Positions 1-7,967 of a stretch of 64,000 bases of DNA are shown here, piece by piece. The stretch covers positions 37,739 to 101,738 of the forward strand of contig DASYAK010000009.1 in NCBI GenBank assembly GCA_036501385.1, in the 5' to 3' direction. How positions within the stretch are numbered: position 1 is the stretch's first letter; each line of letters opens with the position of its first letter. The position numbers and the translations under genes were made by a program. The notes beneath the pieces are model-generated. The model saw only the letters and a list, made by a program, of their open reading frames with translations. It had not been told where the DNA came from and searched no databases. Source of the stretch: Gemmatimonadales bacterium. GTDB taxonomy: Bacteria; Gemmatimonadota; Gemmatimonadetes; Gemmatimonadales; GWC2-71-9.

Positions 1-328
1 CGATCCGGCGCGCTTCATCTGGCCGCTCCTGGTGGTGAATACACTGATGGTCGCGATGGCGACGGCGATGGTGGGTGTGATTGCCTTCATCGGCCTGGTG
101 GTGCCGCATGTGCTTCGACTCCTCAAGTCCTCGGACTACACCTTCCTGATCCCGGGGTCGGCGCTCCTCGGCGCAATGCTGATGGAGATCATCGACGTGG
201 TGGCGCGGCTGGTGATCGCGCCGGCCGAACTGCCGATCGGCATCATCACCGCGGTCGTCGGTGCACCGGTCTTTCTCGGGATTCTGATCCGGCAGCAGCG
301 GCGCGGTGGCGGCGCATTCTATGGTTGA
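1..328 (+). CDS. FecCD-family ABC import permease, C-terminal fragment (gene begins upstream of the window)
   Basis: The frame of ORF 32..328 is open to the window edge. It has hydrophobic TM segments and an ELPIGIITAVVGAPVFLGILIRQ tail typical of FecCD/BtuC/HmuU permeases. Its stop overlaps the start of the cognate ATPase gene. Confidence 0.8.
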   Translation, partial: DPARFIWPLLVVNTLMVAMATAMVGVIAFIGLVVPHVLRLLKSSDYTFLIPGSALLGAMLMEIIDVVARLVIAPAELPIGIITAVVGAPVFLGILIRQQRRGGGAFYG

Positions 329-1106
329 ACTGCACGACGTCTCCTTCACCGCCGGCGCCACGCCGATCCTGCACCACGTCGACGCGCAATTCGCCCCGGG
401 TCGATTCAACGTGATTCTCGGCCCCAACGGTGCCGGAAAATCGACGCTCCTCAAGGTCGCGACCGGAACGCTCAAGCCGAGCACCGGCACGGTTCGCTAC
501 GACAACGCCGACGCCGCGTCCTGGCCTCCCGACGTGCTCGCTCGACGGCGCGCGGTCCTCTCGCAGCACATGGAGCTCCCTTTTCCGCTGGCGGTCGAAG
601 ACGTGGTGCTGATGGGGCGGTACCCGCACTACGCCAGGACGCCGGCGCGGCGCGACCGCGACATCGTGAACCAGGCGCTCGAACTGGTGGGGATGGCCGA
701 CCGCCGCCAGCAGATCTATTCGACGCTGTCGGGCGGGGAGCGACAGAAGACGCATCTCGCGCGGGTGCTGGCGCAGATCTGGGCGGGAGATGACGCATCC
801 GGTCCGCGGTATCTCTTTCTCGACGAGCCCACCGCCTCGCTCGACATTCACTATCAGATTCACCTGCTCGACGTCGCGCGCGGACTGCTCGCCGATGGAT
901 GCACCGTCGTCGCGGTCCTGCACGACCTCAACATCGCCCTCCGCTACGGCGACACCTTCGTCGTACTCAGCGGCGGCACGGTTGCCTGCGCCACCGACCG
1001 GCGCGACGCCGTGTCGCGCGAATTGCTGGAAGGGGTCTTCCGGGTGCGGGCGCACCAGATCGTCGACCCCATCGCCGGACGGACGCTGTGGGAGTTCTCG
1101 CTCTAG
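321..1106 (+). CDS. hmuV: ABC transporter ATP-binding protein, hemin/siderophore import type (HmuV-like)
   Basis: Walker A is GPNGAGKST, the signature is LSGGERQ, and Walker B is LFLDEPTASLD. An ARVLAQIW insert precedes Walker B, as in heme importer ATPases. The ATG at 321 overlaps the permease stop; an alternative GTG lies at 306. Confidence 0.8.
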   Translation: MVELHDVSFTAGATPILHHVDAQFAPGRFNVILGPNGAGKSTLLKVATGTLKPSTGTVRYDNADAASWPPDVLARRRAVLSQHMELPFPLAVEDVVLMGRYPHYARTPARRDRDIVNQALELVGMADRRQQIYSTLSGGERQKTHLARVLAQIWAGDDASGPRYLFLDEPTASLDIHYQIHLLDVARGLLADGCTVVAVLHDLNIALRYGDTFVVLSGGTVACATDRRDAVSRELLEGVFRVRAHQIVDPIAGRTLWEFSL

Positions 1107-1142
1107 ATTACCTTTGTCCCGACTTTGCCGGAGATTCCATCG

Positions 1143-1532
1143 ATGCGCCGCAGTCTGATGCCCCTCGTTCTCGCCGCGGCCCTGACCGTTGCGGGATGCC
1201 GTGACTACGATCGTTACGGGTACGTCTCCTCCGAGAAGGGGCTCATCTCCCCCGACGAATACGCCCGCTACGGTCCCGACCAGGCGATCGCCATGGCGAT
1301 CGGCCGCGAGTTCGGGAAGGCGTACGCGGGCCGGAGCGCGGCGGATTTCGGCAAGCAGGCGGACGCGGCGATTGCCTACTCCAAGAAGTACCCCCAGGTG
1401 GCGAATGTGGCATCCGATTCACTCGGCTACCGGCTCGTTGTCACCTTCGCCGACGGATGGGCAACTCAGGTGACGCCGATCACCGATGGCAAGAACGGCG
1501 ACCAGACGGCGAATCTGCCGAAGGGCAAATAG
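1143..1532 (+). CDS. Small lipoprotein of unknown function
   Basis: The signal peptide MRRSLMPLVLAAALTVAGC carries a lipobox. GGAG lies 9 nt upstream of the ATG at 1143, inside ORF 1125..1532. Confidence 0.7.
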   Translation: MRRSLMPLVLAAALTVAGCRDYDRYGYVSSEKGLISPDEYARYGPDQAIAMAIGREFGKAYAGRSAADFGKQADAAIAYSKKYPQVANVASDSLGYRLVVTFADGWATQVTPITDGKNGDQTANLPKGK

Positions 1533-1604
1533 CGCAACTGCACGAAGGACCGATCGACACTCACGCATTGCACGGCTGAAGCACCCAGCCGGAGGGACCG
1601 CGCC

Positions 1605-3035
1605 ATGACCACCAATACCTCCCCTCCGGACCTCACTCCCGAACTCCTCTATCTCCTGAGCGGCGACGCCGCCGATCTCGCCGAGGCGACCAGCGACCTC
1701 CGGGCCGCGGACATCGCCGAGGCGGTGAATCACCTCCCGGCCGAAGCGGCCGCCAAGGTGGTCGGCGCGCTCCCGTTCGCGCTCGCCGTGCAGATCTTCG
1801 ACGAGCCCGAACTCGAGCGGCGCGGCGAGATCTTCGAACAACTCCAGGTCCCCGTGGCGGGACCGCTGGTCGACGCCCTCTCCGCCGACCAGCAGGCCGA
1901 TCTTTACCGCGAGCTGACGCCGGAAGCGCGTTTGCGGCTGATGCCGTTCCTGCAGGCCGGGACGCGGGAAACGCTGCGCACGCTGATGAACTACCCGGCC
2001 ACGTCGGCGGGCGGGATCATGACGACCGAATTCGTCAGCGTGCCCTCGACGTGGACCGCCGACGAGGTCAAGCGCTACATCGCCGAGGTGGGCGAGGCGA
2101 AGGAAACGGTGTACGCGATCTACATCATCGATCCGGCGGAGAACACCCTGGCCCGGGTGATCTCGCTGCGCGAAGTGATGATGGTGCCGGGTGACACCAA
2201 TGTGCTCAAGATCGGCGACGACCGCCCGCCGATTTCGGTCGACCCGTTGATCGATCGTGAGGAGGCGGCGCGGCTCATCTCCAAGTACAACCTCCTCGCG
2301 CTACCGGTGGTCAACGATCACGACCGGATGCTCGGCATCGTCACGGTCGACGATATCATCGACGCGCTGGTGTCGGAGCAGACCGAGGACGTGCAGAAGC
2401 TCGGCGGCATGGAGGCGATCGACGAGCCGTACCTCCAGATCAGTTTCCTCGAAATGCTCAAGAAGCGCGCCGGGTGGCTGGCGATTCTCTTCGTGGGCGA
2501 GACGCTGACCGCGCAGGCGATGGGGCACTTCGAGGCGGAGATCGCGGCGGCGCCGGTGCTGGCACTCTTCATCCCGTTGATCATCTCGTCCGGCGGAAAT
2601 TCCGGATCGCAGTCGACGTCGCTGATCATCCGGGCGATGGCACTCAACGAGCTCACCTTGCGTGATTGGTGGCGGGCCCTGGTTCGCGACATTCCCACCG
2701 GATTCGCGCTGGGCGCGATGCTCGGCGCAATCGGCTTCTGCCGCATTCTCCTGTGGCAGTTTCTCTCGGCGCGCCATTATTCGCTGTTCGGGATGACGCT
2801 GGGACTCGATTACGGCAGGCATTACATGCTGGTGGCCGGCACCGTATTCTCGGCGCTGATCGGCGTGGTCCTCTTCGGGTCGGTGGCCGGGTCGATGCTC
2901 CCGTTCGTGCTGCGATGGTTCCGACTCGACCCCGCCAGCGCGTCGGCGCCGTTCGTGGCGACGCTGGTCGACGTGACCGGGCTGGTGATCTACTTCAGCG
3001 TGGCGTTCGCGATATTGCACGGGACACTGCTGTAG
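1605..3035 (+). CDS. mgtE: Magnesium transporter MgtE
   Basis: 476 aa with an N-terminal MgtE_N-like region, a CBS pair, and a C-terminal 5-TM channel domain carrying the PLIISSGGNSGSQS motif characteristic of MgtE. Confidence 0.9.
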   Translation: MTTNTSPPDLTPELLYLLSGDAADLAEATSDLRAADIAEAVNHLPAEAAAKVVGALPFALAVQIFDEPELERRGEIFEQLQVPVAGPLVDALSADQQADLYRELTPEARLRLMPFLQAGTRETLRTLMNYPATSAGGIMTTEFVSVPSTWTADEVKRYIAEVGEAKETVYAIYIIDPAENTLARVISLREVMMVPGDTNVLKIGDDRPPISVDPLIDREEAARLISKYNLLALPVVNDHDRMLGIVTVDDIIDALVSEQTEDVQKLGGMEAIDEPYLQISFLEMLKKRAGWLAILFVGETLTAQAMGHFEAEIAAAPVLALFIPLIISSGGNSGSQSTSLIIRAMALNELTLRDWWRALVRDIPTGFALGAMLGAIGFCRILLWQFLSARHYSLFGMTLGLDYGRHYMLVAGTVFSALIGVVLFGSVAGSMLPFVLRWFRLDPASASAPFVATLVDVTGLVIYFSVAFAILHGTLL

Positions 3036-3044
3036 CGCTTGCCT

Positions 3045-3113
3045 TCGCACCGCCGGCAGCCATTATAGTAATGATTACTATACCGTGAACGCAGATGGCT
3101 GGCGAAGGTGCGA
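3045..3113. terminator. Long imperfect hairpin in the convergent mgtE/kinase spacer, with a perfect AT-rich 19-bp palindrome (3064..3082) at its apex; probable bidirectional terminator
   Basis: TCGCACC (3045-3051) pairs with GGTGCGA (3107-3113). CAGCCAT (3057-3063) pairs with ATGGCTG (3095-3101). The inner element is TATAGTAAT-G-ATTACTATA. The structure lies between two converging stop codons (3035 and 3129). Confidence 0.5.
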
Positions 3114-3128
3114 GCCGCATTCCGGCCG

Positions 3129-5540
3129 CTAGCCGAGCCGCAGCTTCAGGCGCGCGGCACGGACGTCAAGCACTTCGCGAACTTTTCGGAGCAGCACCAT
3201 CGGCGTGTAGGGTTTCTGCAGAAAGATCGAATCGGCGCCGAGGATGCCGTGGTTGATCACCGCGTCACGAGCGTAACCCGACGCGAAGATGATCGCGATG
3301 TCAGGCCGGCTGGCGCGGAGACGGTCGGCCAGTTCAGGTCCCCCCACCAGCGGCATGATGACGTCGGTCACCAGCAGGTCGATACCATCCGCGTTGTTGG
3401 CAGCCAGTCGATATGCCTCCTCGCCGTTGGCCGCAACCAGCACCCGGTAGCCATGCCGCTCCAGCGCACCGGCGGCAAGCTGGCGGACCTCGGCCTCGTC
3501 TTCGACCACCAGAATCGTTTCGTGTCCGCCAGCCGCCGGCGTGGCGGATCGGTCGCCAGCATCGGGCTCAACCGGCTCACTTGTCACGGGGAAATAGAGC
3601 TTGAACGTCGTACCGGCGCCGGGTTCGCTGTAGACCCAGATGTGCCCGTTGCTCTGATTGACGATGCCATGGACCGCGGCGAGGCCCAGTCCGGTCCCCC
3701 GACCCACTTCCTTGGTTGTGAAGAACGGTTCGAAGATGCGTCGTTGAATCGCCTCGTTCATGCCGGTGCCAGTGTCCGTGATCGCGATCAGGACATACTC
3801 ACCGGGTTTCACCGCGGGTCGGCGCAGTGCGTAACTCGCATCAAGGTCGACATTGGCGGTCTCGATCGTGAGCGAACCGCCGCCCGGCATCGCGTCGCGC
3901 GCGTTGAGCGCCAGGTTGAGAATCACCTGCTCGAGCTGGCCTGGATCGACGTAGATGGGCCTGATGTCGCGTCCGAGCGACAAGGTGAGGCGGATATCCT
4001 CCCCGATCACGCGCCGTAGGAGCTTGCCGGTCCCTTCGACGACGCTGTTGGGATCGAGGACTCGAGGCTCCATCAGTTGCTGCCGACCGAAAGCCAGGAG
4101 TTGCCGCGTCAGCCGCGCCGCGCGCATCACGTTTCGGTCGATCTCCTCGAGCGACTCTGCGGCCGGGTGGTCGAGCGGAAGTACGGCCGACGCCGTTTCA
4201 GCGAAGCCGAGGATTGCTGTCAGGATGTTGTTGAAGTCGTGGGCGATCCCTCCGGCCAGGATGCCAATTGCTTCCATCTTCTGCGCTTGCTGGAACTGCT
4301 GCTCGAGATTTTTCCTCGACGTCACGTCGATCACGGCCGTGACGATCTCGACTGGACGGCCCGCGTAGTCGCGCACGACGGTGGGATGCGAGTTCATCCA
4401 GCGGTACGAACCATCGGCGTGACGTAGCCGGTATTCCAGCGAGACCGTCCGCCCCGAAAGGACATTCTCGAATTCATGCAGCGTGCGGTCCAGATCATCG
4501 GGGTGAATCTGCTTCTGCCACCAGCCGGGCCCCTGTACCTCTGCGACCGAGTAACCGAGCATTCGGGTGACGCCTTCGGTGACAAGGCTGAACACGGTCG
4601 GCGCCCGCGTCGGACTCTCGGGGGACAGTGGAACGGAAAGCAGCGTGGCCGCGCTCGATGCCAGGACATGCTCAAGTCTGGCGCGCGCCTCGTCGAGTTG
4701 CGTGTTCGATCGGCGCAGGTCGTCTTCGGCCTTCTTGCGGGCGCTGATGTCGACCACCGACGCAAGCACCAGCAGGCCGTCCGGCGTGGTGATCGGGTTC
4801 AGGCCGATTTCGACCGGCACCGCGCTCCCGTCCTTGTGCTCGCCAAAAAGGTCGCGCCCGACCCCCATGAACCGGCGGGCAGGGTGGGCGACAAATCCGG
4901 CTCGCAGGCCGGGATGGGCCGCGCGGCTCGGCGACGGAACCAGCCGTTCAACCGGCGAACCGATGAGTTCGTCGCGCGAATAGCCAAAGAGTCGCTCGAT
5001 CTCGCGGTTTACATACTGGATTCGTCCACCGGCATCCACGATCATCATCCCGTTTGGCGCCGCTTCGATCGCGAGCGTGAAGCGGGCCTCCAGCGACTTG
5101 CGACCGGTAATGTCGCGCGCGATTCCCGACGAACCGATCAATTCGCCGTCGTCAGAGCGGACCGGCGAAATCGTTAGCGACACGTCGATGTCGCGGCCAG
5201 CCTTGGTGCGCCGCACTGTTTCGACGCCGCTGACCGGAGCCCCCGCGCGCAATCGTTCGAGAATCTGCTGCAGTTCGGGGCGCTGTTGCTCCGGAACGAC
5301 CAATTCGATGTGACGGCCGATCGCTTCGACCGCGGTGTAGCCGTACATCCGTTCCGCGCCAGGATTCCAGGAGGTGATGATGCCGTCAAGAGTCTTGGTG
5401 TAGATCGCGTCGCTGGAAGACTCGATGATGGCGGAAAAGAGTCGCAGCCGCTCGGCGTCGCCGGATGGCGTCCGGCGCTCAGACATTCTCGTGACCAATG
5501 CTGGCGCACGAGGCCCGATGACGCCGCTCGCCGCCGACAA
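3129..5540 (-). CDS. Hybrid sensor histidine kinase (multiple PAS domains, HisKA, HATPase_c, C-terminal receiver)
   Basis: 803-aa ORF with repeated PAS-like segments. The H-box is GGIAHDFNNILTAI, and N/G boxes are present (DTGTGM, GTGLGL). The receiver is ILVVEDE...LLVTDVIMP. The start is uncertain: TTG at 5540 or ATG at 5486. Confidence 0.9.
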   Translation of the reverse strand: MSAASGVIGPRAPALVTRMSERRTPSGDAERLRLFSAIIESSSDAIYTKTLDGIITSWNPGAERMYGYTAVEAIGRHIELVVPEQQRPELQQILERLRAGAPVSGVETVRRTKAGRDIDVSLTISPVRSDDGELIGSSGIARDITGRKSLEARFTLAIEAAPNGMMIVDAGGRIQYVNREIERLFGYSRDELIGSPVERLVPSPSRAAHPGLRAGFVAHPARRFMGVGRDLFGEHKDGSAVPVEIGLNPITTPDGLLVLASVVDISARKKAEDDLRRSNTQLDEARARLEHVLASSAATLLSVPLSPESPTRAPTVFSLVTEGVTRMLGYSVAEVQGPGWWQKQIHPDDLDRTLHEFENVLSGRTVSLEYRLRHADGSYRWMNSHPTVVRDYAGRPVEIVTAVIDVTSRKNLEQQFQQAQKMEAIGILAGGIAHDFNNILTAILGFAETASAVLPLDHPAAESLEEIDRNVMRAARLTRQLLAFGRQQLMEPRVLDPNSVVEGTGKLLRRVIGEDIRLTLSLGRDIRPIYVDPGQLEQVILNLALNARDAMPGGGSLTIETANVDLDASYALRRPAVKPGEYVLIAITDTGTGMNEAIQRRIFEPFFTTKEVGRGTGLGLAAVHGIVNQSNGHIWVYSEPGAGTTFKLYFPVTSEPVEPDAGDRSATPAAGGHETILVVEDEAEVRQLAAGALERHGYRVLVAANGEEAYRLAANNADGIDLLVTDVIMPLVGGPELADRLRASRPDIAIIFASGYARDAVINHGILGADSIFLQKPYTPMVLLRKVREVLDVRAARLKLRLG

Positions 5541-5867
5541 ACGGGACGAGTTGGAATAACCCGATGCAAGTGCACCGGCAGTGAACCGTCAGGAGAATCG
5601 CCATAATCGACCGGGAAGGGCCGCCGACCGCGGCAGTGAAATTGTTTGCGGTATCCTATGGTACGGCGCGTGGCGCGAAACCGCAAATCATTGCGAATAT
5701 GACGATTGGATAACACATGCAAGCTGACCGCATTATGACATTACCATCATCAACGAGATGCAAGACTCAAGTTCGACAAGATTCCTTGATAAGTCCTGCA
5801 TCACAATTTCCGAACGGCACCGGCGGGGCTGAACAGGGCTGATGAGTCTTGCCACTAGATTTCCGGC

Positions 5868-6137
5868 ATGAAGCCCAAGCCGCTCATCACCGTCGCCGTG
5901 ATCCTGGCCTTCATCGCCTTCCTCGCCTGGTCCACCCTGTCGGCCCAGAAGGTGACCTGCAAGGTGTGCGTCGCCTACAACGGCAAAACCAACTGCGCCA
6001 CCGCATCACACGAGAACCAGGCCGAGGCCGCGAGGTCGGCCCAGACCACCGCGTGCGGGCCGGTTGCCCAGGGGATGAACGACGCCATCGCCTGCCAGCG
6101 CCGCGAGCCGGTTTCGCAGCAATGCCAGGCCACTTAG
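5868..6137 (+). CDS. Small membrane-anchored Cys-rich protein, unknown function
   Basis: 89 aa with an N-terminal TM/signal anchor (ITVAVILAFIAFLAW) and 6 Cys in the exported part. Third-position GC is high. No family recognised. Confidence 0.55.
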   Translation: MKPKPLITVAVILAFIAFLAWSTLSAQKVTCKVCVAYNGKTNCATASHENQAEAARSAQTTACGPVAQGMNDAIACQRREPVSQQCQAT

Positions 6138-6342
6138 CCGTAAGCCCTTGCAGGGTATTACTTTGGACGACCATTCCTGCACAGCGGCTCGGGCTCCACG
6201 ACTACCGGAACGCCACCGTCCCCACCATTGTTATATCGACTGCAAAGGGCCCGGAGTCCGGTCGGACCTCGAAGCGGCCGTGGCCCGGATCGTGAAGCAC
6301 GCGATCAGCGGCAGGAACCAGGGAAGGACAACCAGGAAGCTG

Positions 6343-7317
6343 ATGAGCCTGACAGACGCAGCACGACGGATGGCGCGGAAGGTCGAGGTCCTTCGCGACC
6401 TCGAAAACACCGTCCATGAGATGATGGTCGAACACGATCGCAAGCGCGAGCTCTGGTTTCCCAGCGAACTGCTGGCGCCGGCTCCCGGCGTCGACGCCGA
6501 CACGCATCTCAAGGCCTTGCGCGAACGCGTCGCCGGAATCCCCGATGCGTGCCGCGCGGCACTCGCCCTCAATACGCTGACCGAGGAAGGGCTGCCCCAT
6601 TTCCATCGCATCATCGCCGTGTATCTCGGCGAGGATTCGCACTGGCGCAACTGGAACAACCTCTGGACCGCCGAGGAAGACCGCCACGGGACCGTCCTGA
6701 GCGAATACATGCGCGACACCAATGTCGTCGATCAGCGCAAGATGGAGCAGCTCAAGTTCGAATACATCAAGGCGGGATTCAATCCGGAGTGGGACAAGGA
6801 TCCGTATCGCGTCTTCGTCTACACCACGCTGCAGGAGCGAGCCACCCAGTTCTCGCACGCCAACACCGGCCGCGTGATCGAAGAGTACGAGCCGCTCCTG
6901 GGCGGAATTCTCGCCAAGATCGCGATGGAAGAGGCGCGTCACTTCACCTTCTATCGCAAGGTCTTCACCGAGATCCTCAAGCGTGATCCGAGCGAAGCAC
7001 TCCGTTCGGCCGCGCAAGTCCTCCCGGCGATCGACATGCCCGGCGTCACGATCCCCGGGTTCAAGGAATTCGCCGACGTGATCCGGCGGTCGGGGATCTA
7101 CGGCCCCCGCGACTATCTGCGCATCGTGCAGGACCAGCTGGCGCACTGGAGAATCGAGGCGCTCGAAGGTCTCGACGAATGGGGCCGCAAGGCGCAGGAA
7201 CGGATGCTCGAAGTTCCCGAACGCCTCAAGCGGATCGCCGATCTCATGGAGACGCGTTCTCGCGCCAAGACTTTCGCGTTCGAGGTGGCATTCGCGCGCG
7301 AGTTCGTGATGGAGTAA
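6343..7317 (+). CDS. Soluble di-iron acyl-ACP desaturase family protein
   Basis: It carries the TAEEDRHG and MEEARHFTFY di-iron motifs and overall resembles plant/actinobacterial stearoyl-ACP (DesA-type) desaturases. The ATG at 6343, after a GGAAGG, was chosen over the upstream extension of ORF 6148..7317. Confidence 0.85.
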   Translation: MSLTDAARRMARKVEVLRDLENTVHEMMVEHDRKRELWFPSELLAPAPGVDADTHLKALRERVAGIPDACRAALALNTLTEEGLPHFHRIIAVYLGEDSHWRNWNNLWTAEEDRHGTVLSEYMRDTNVVDQRKMEQLKFEYIKAGFNPEWDKDPYRVFVYTTLQERATQFSHANTGRVIEEYEPLLGGILAKIAMEEARHFTFYRKVFTEILKRDPSEALRSAAQVLPAIDMPGVTIPGFKEFADVIRRSGIYGPRDYLRIVQDQLAHWRIEALEGLDEWGRKAQERMLEVPERLKRIADLMETRSRAKTFAFEVAFAREFVME

Positions 7318-7323
7318 GCGCGG

Positions 7324-7905
7324 TTGCCCGAAACATTGCTCGTCGATATCGTCGTGGGCGCCCGCATCGTTGTGGCGGGCGCCTTTGTGTTGTCCGCCAT
7401 CGTCGCCCTTACCCACTGGGCGGTGCGGCGCGGATCGGTCTCGGCTTTCGGTCGGTGGCCGCGCCTGGTCCGCCGGGCCAGTGATCCGGTCGTCGTTCCG
7501 CTCGAGCGCCGGCTGGTCCGCGCTGGCGCGAATCCGCAGGACGCGCCGATCTGGCTGGTCGGGGTCGTCGTCATTGCCGGGCTTGGCTTCATTGCGCTGG
7601 TCAACTGGCTCATCGGATTCCTGGTCACGGCGTACCAGAGCGTCGAGAGCGGTTTTCTCCTGGCGCTGCTGGTGCACTCGCTCTTCGAGATCCTGATGTT
7701 TGCGGTGATGATCCGGGTGATCGCGTCGTGGCTCGGCATCGGGCCGTACTCGAAGCCGATGCGGGTGGTCCACGCCCTCACGGACTGGCTGATCGACCCG
7801 CTGCAACGCGTCATTCCGCCGATCGGTATCTTCGATGTGACACCGATCGCCGCCTACTTTCTGCTATATTTGGCCGAGGGCGTGGTGATGCGAGGTCTCT
7901 TCTAG
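7324..7905 (+). CDS. YggT family membrane protein
   Basis: 193 aa with four to five TM segments. The C-terminal half, MIRVIASWL...DWLIDPLQRVIPPIGIFDVTPIAAY, matches the YGGT repeat. Start codon is TTG. Confidence 0.8.
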   Translation: MPETLLVDIVVGARIVVAGAFVLSAIVALTHWAVRRGSVSAFGRWPRLVRRASDPVVVPLERRLVRAGANPQDAPIWLVGVVVIAGLGFIALVNWLIGFLVTAYQSVESGFLLALLVHSLFEILMFAVMIRVIASWLGIGPYSKPMRVVHALTDWLIDPLQRVIPPIGIFDVTPIAAYFLLYLAEGVVMRGLF

Positions 7906-7967
7906 AGCCCGTGGCGATTTCCAGCGACTTGCGGCCACGAAAAACAATCCGCTAAGGCGATTCCAGC

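Noticed and set aside
246-1055. 269-aa minus-strand ORF
   Set aside because: It is fully antisense to the well-supported ABC ATPase gene. Its Arg/Gly/Pro/Ala-rich composition is typical of shadow ORFs in high-GC DNA.
1533-1604. Mg2+ (M-box) riboswitch upstream of mgtE
   Set aside because: The spacer is only 72 nt, which is too short for the roughly 160-nt M-box.
3108-4019. 303-aa plus-strand ORF
   Set aside because: It is antisense to the hybrid histidine kinase gene and has no recognisable motifs.
6202-7806. 534-aa minus-strand ORF
   Set aside because: It is antisense across the acyl-ACP desaturase and YggT genes, both of which have clear family motifs. It is a shadow ORF.
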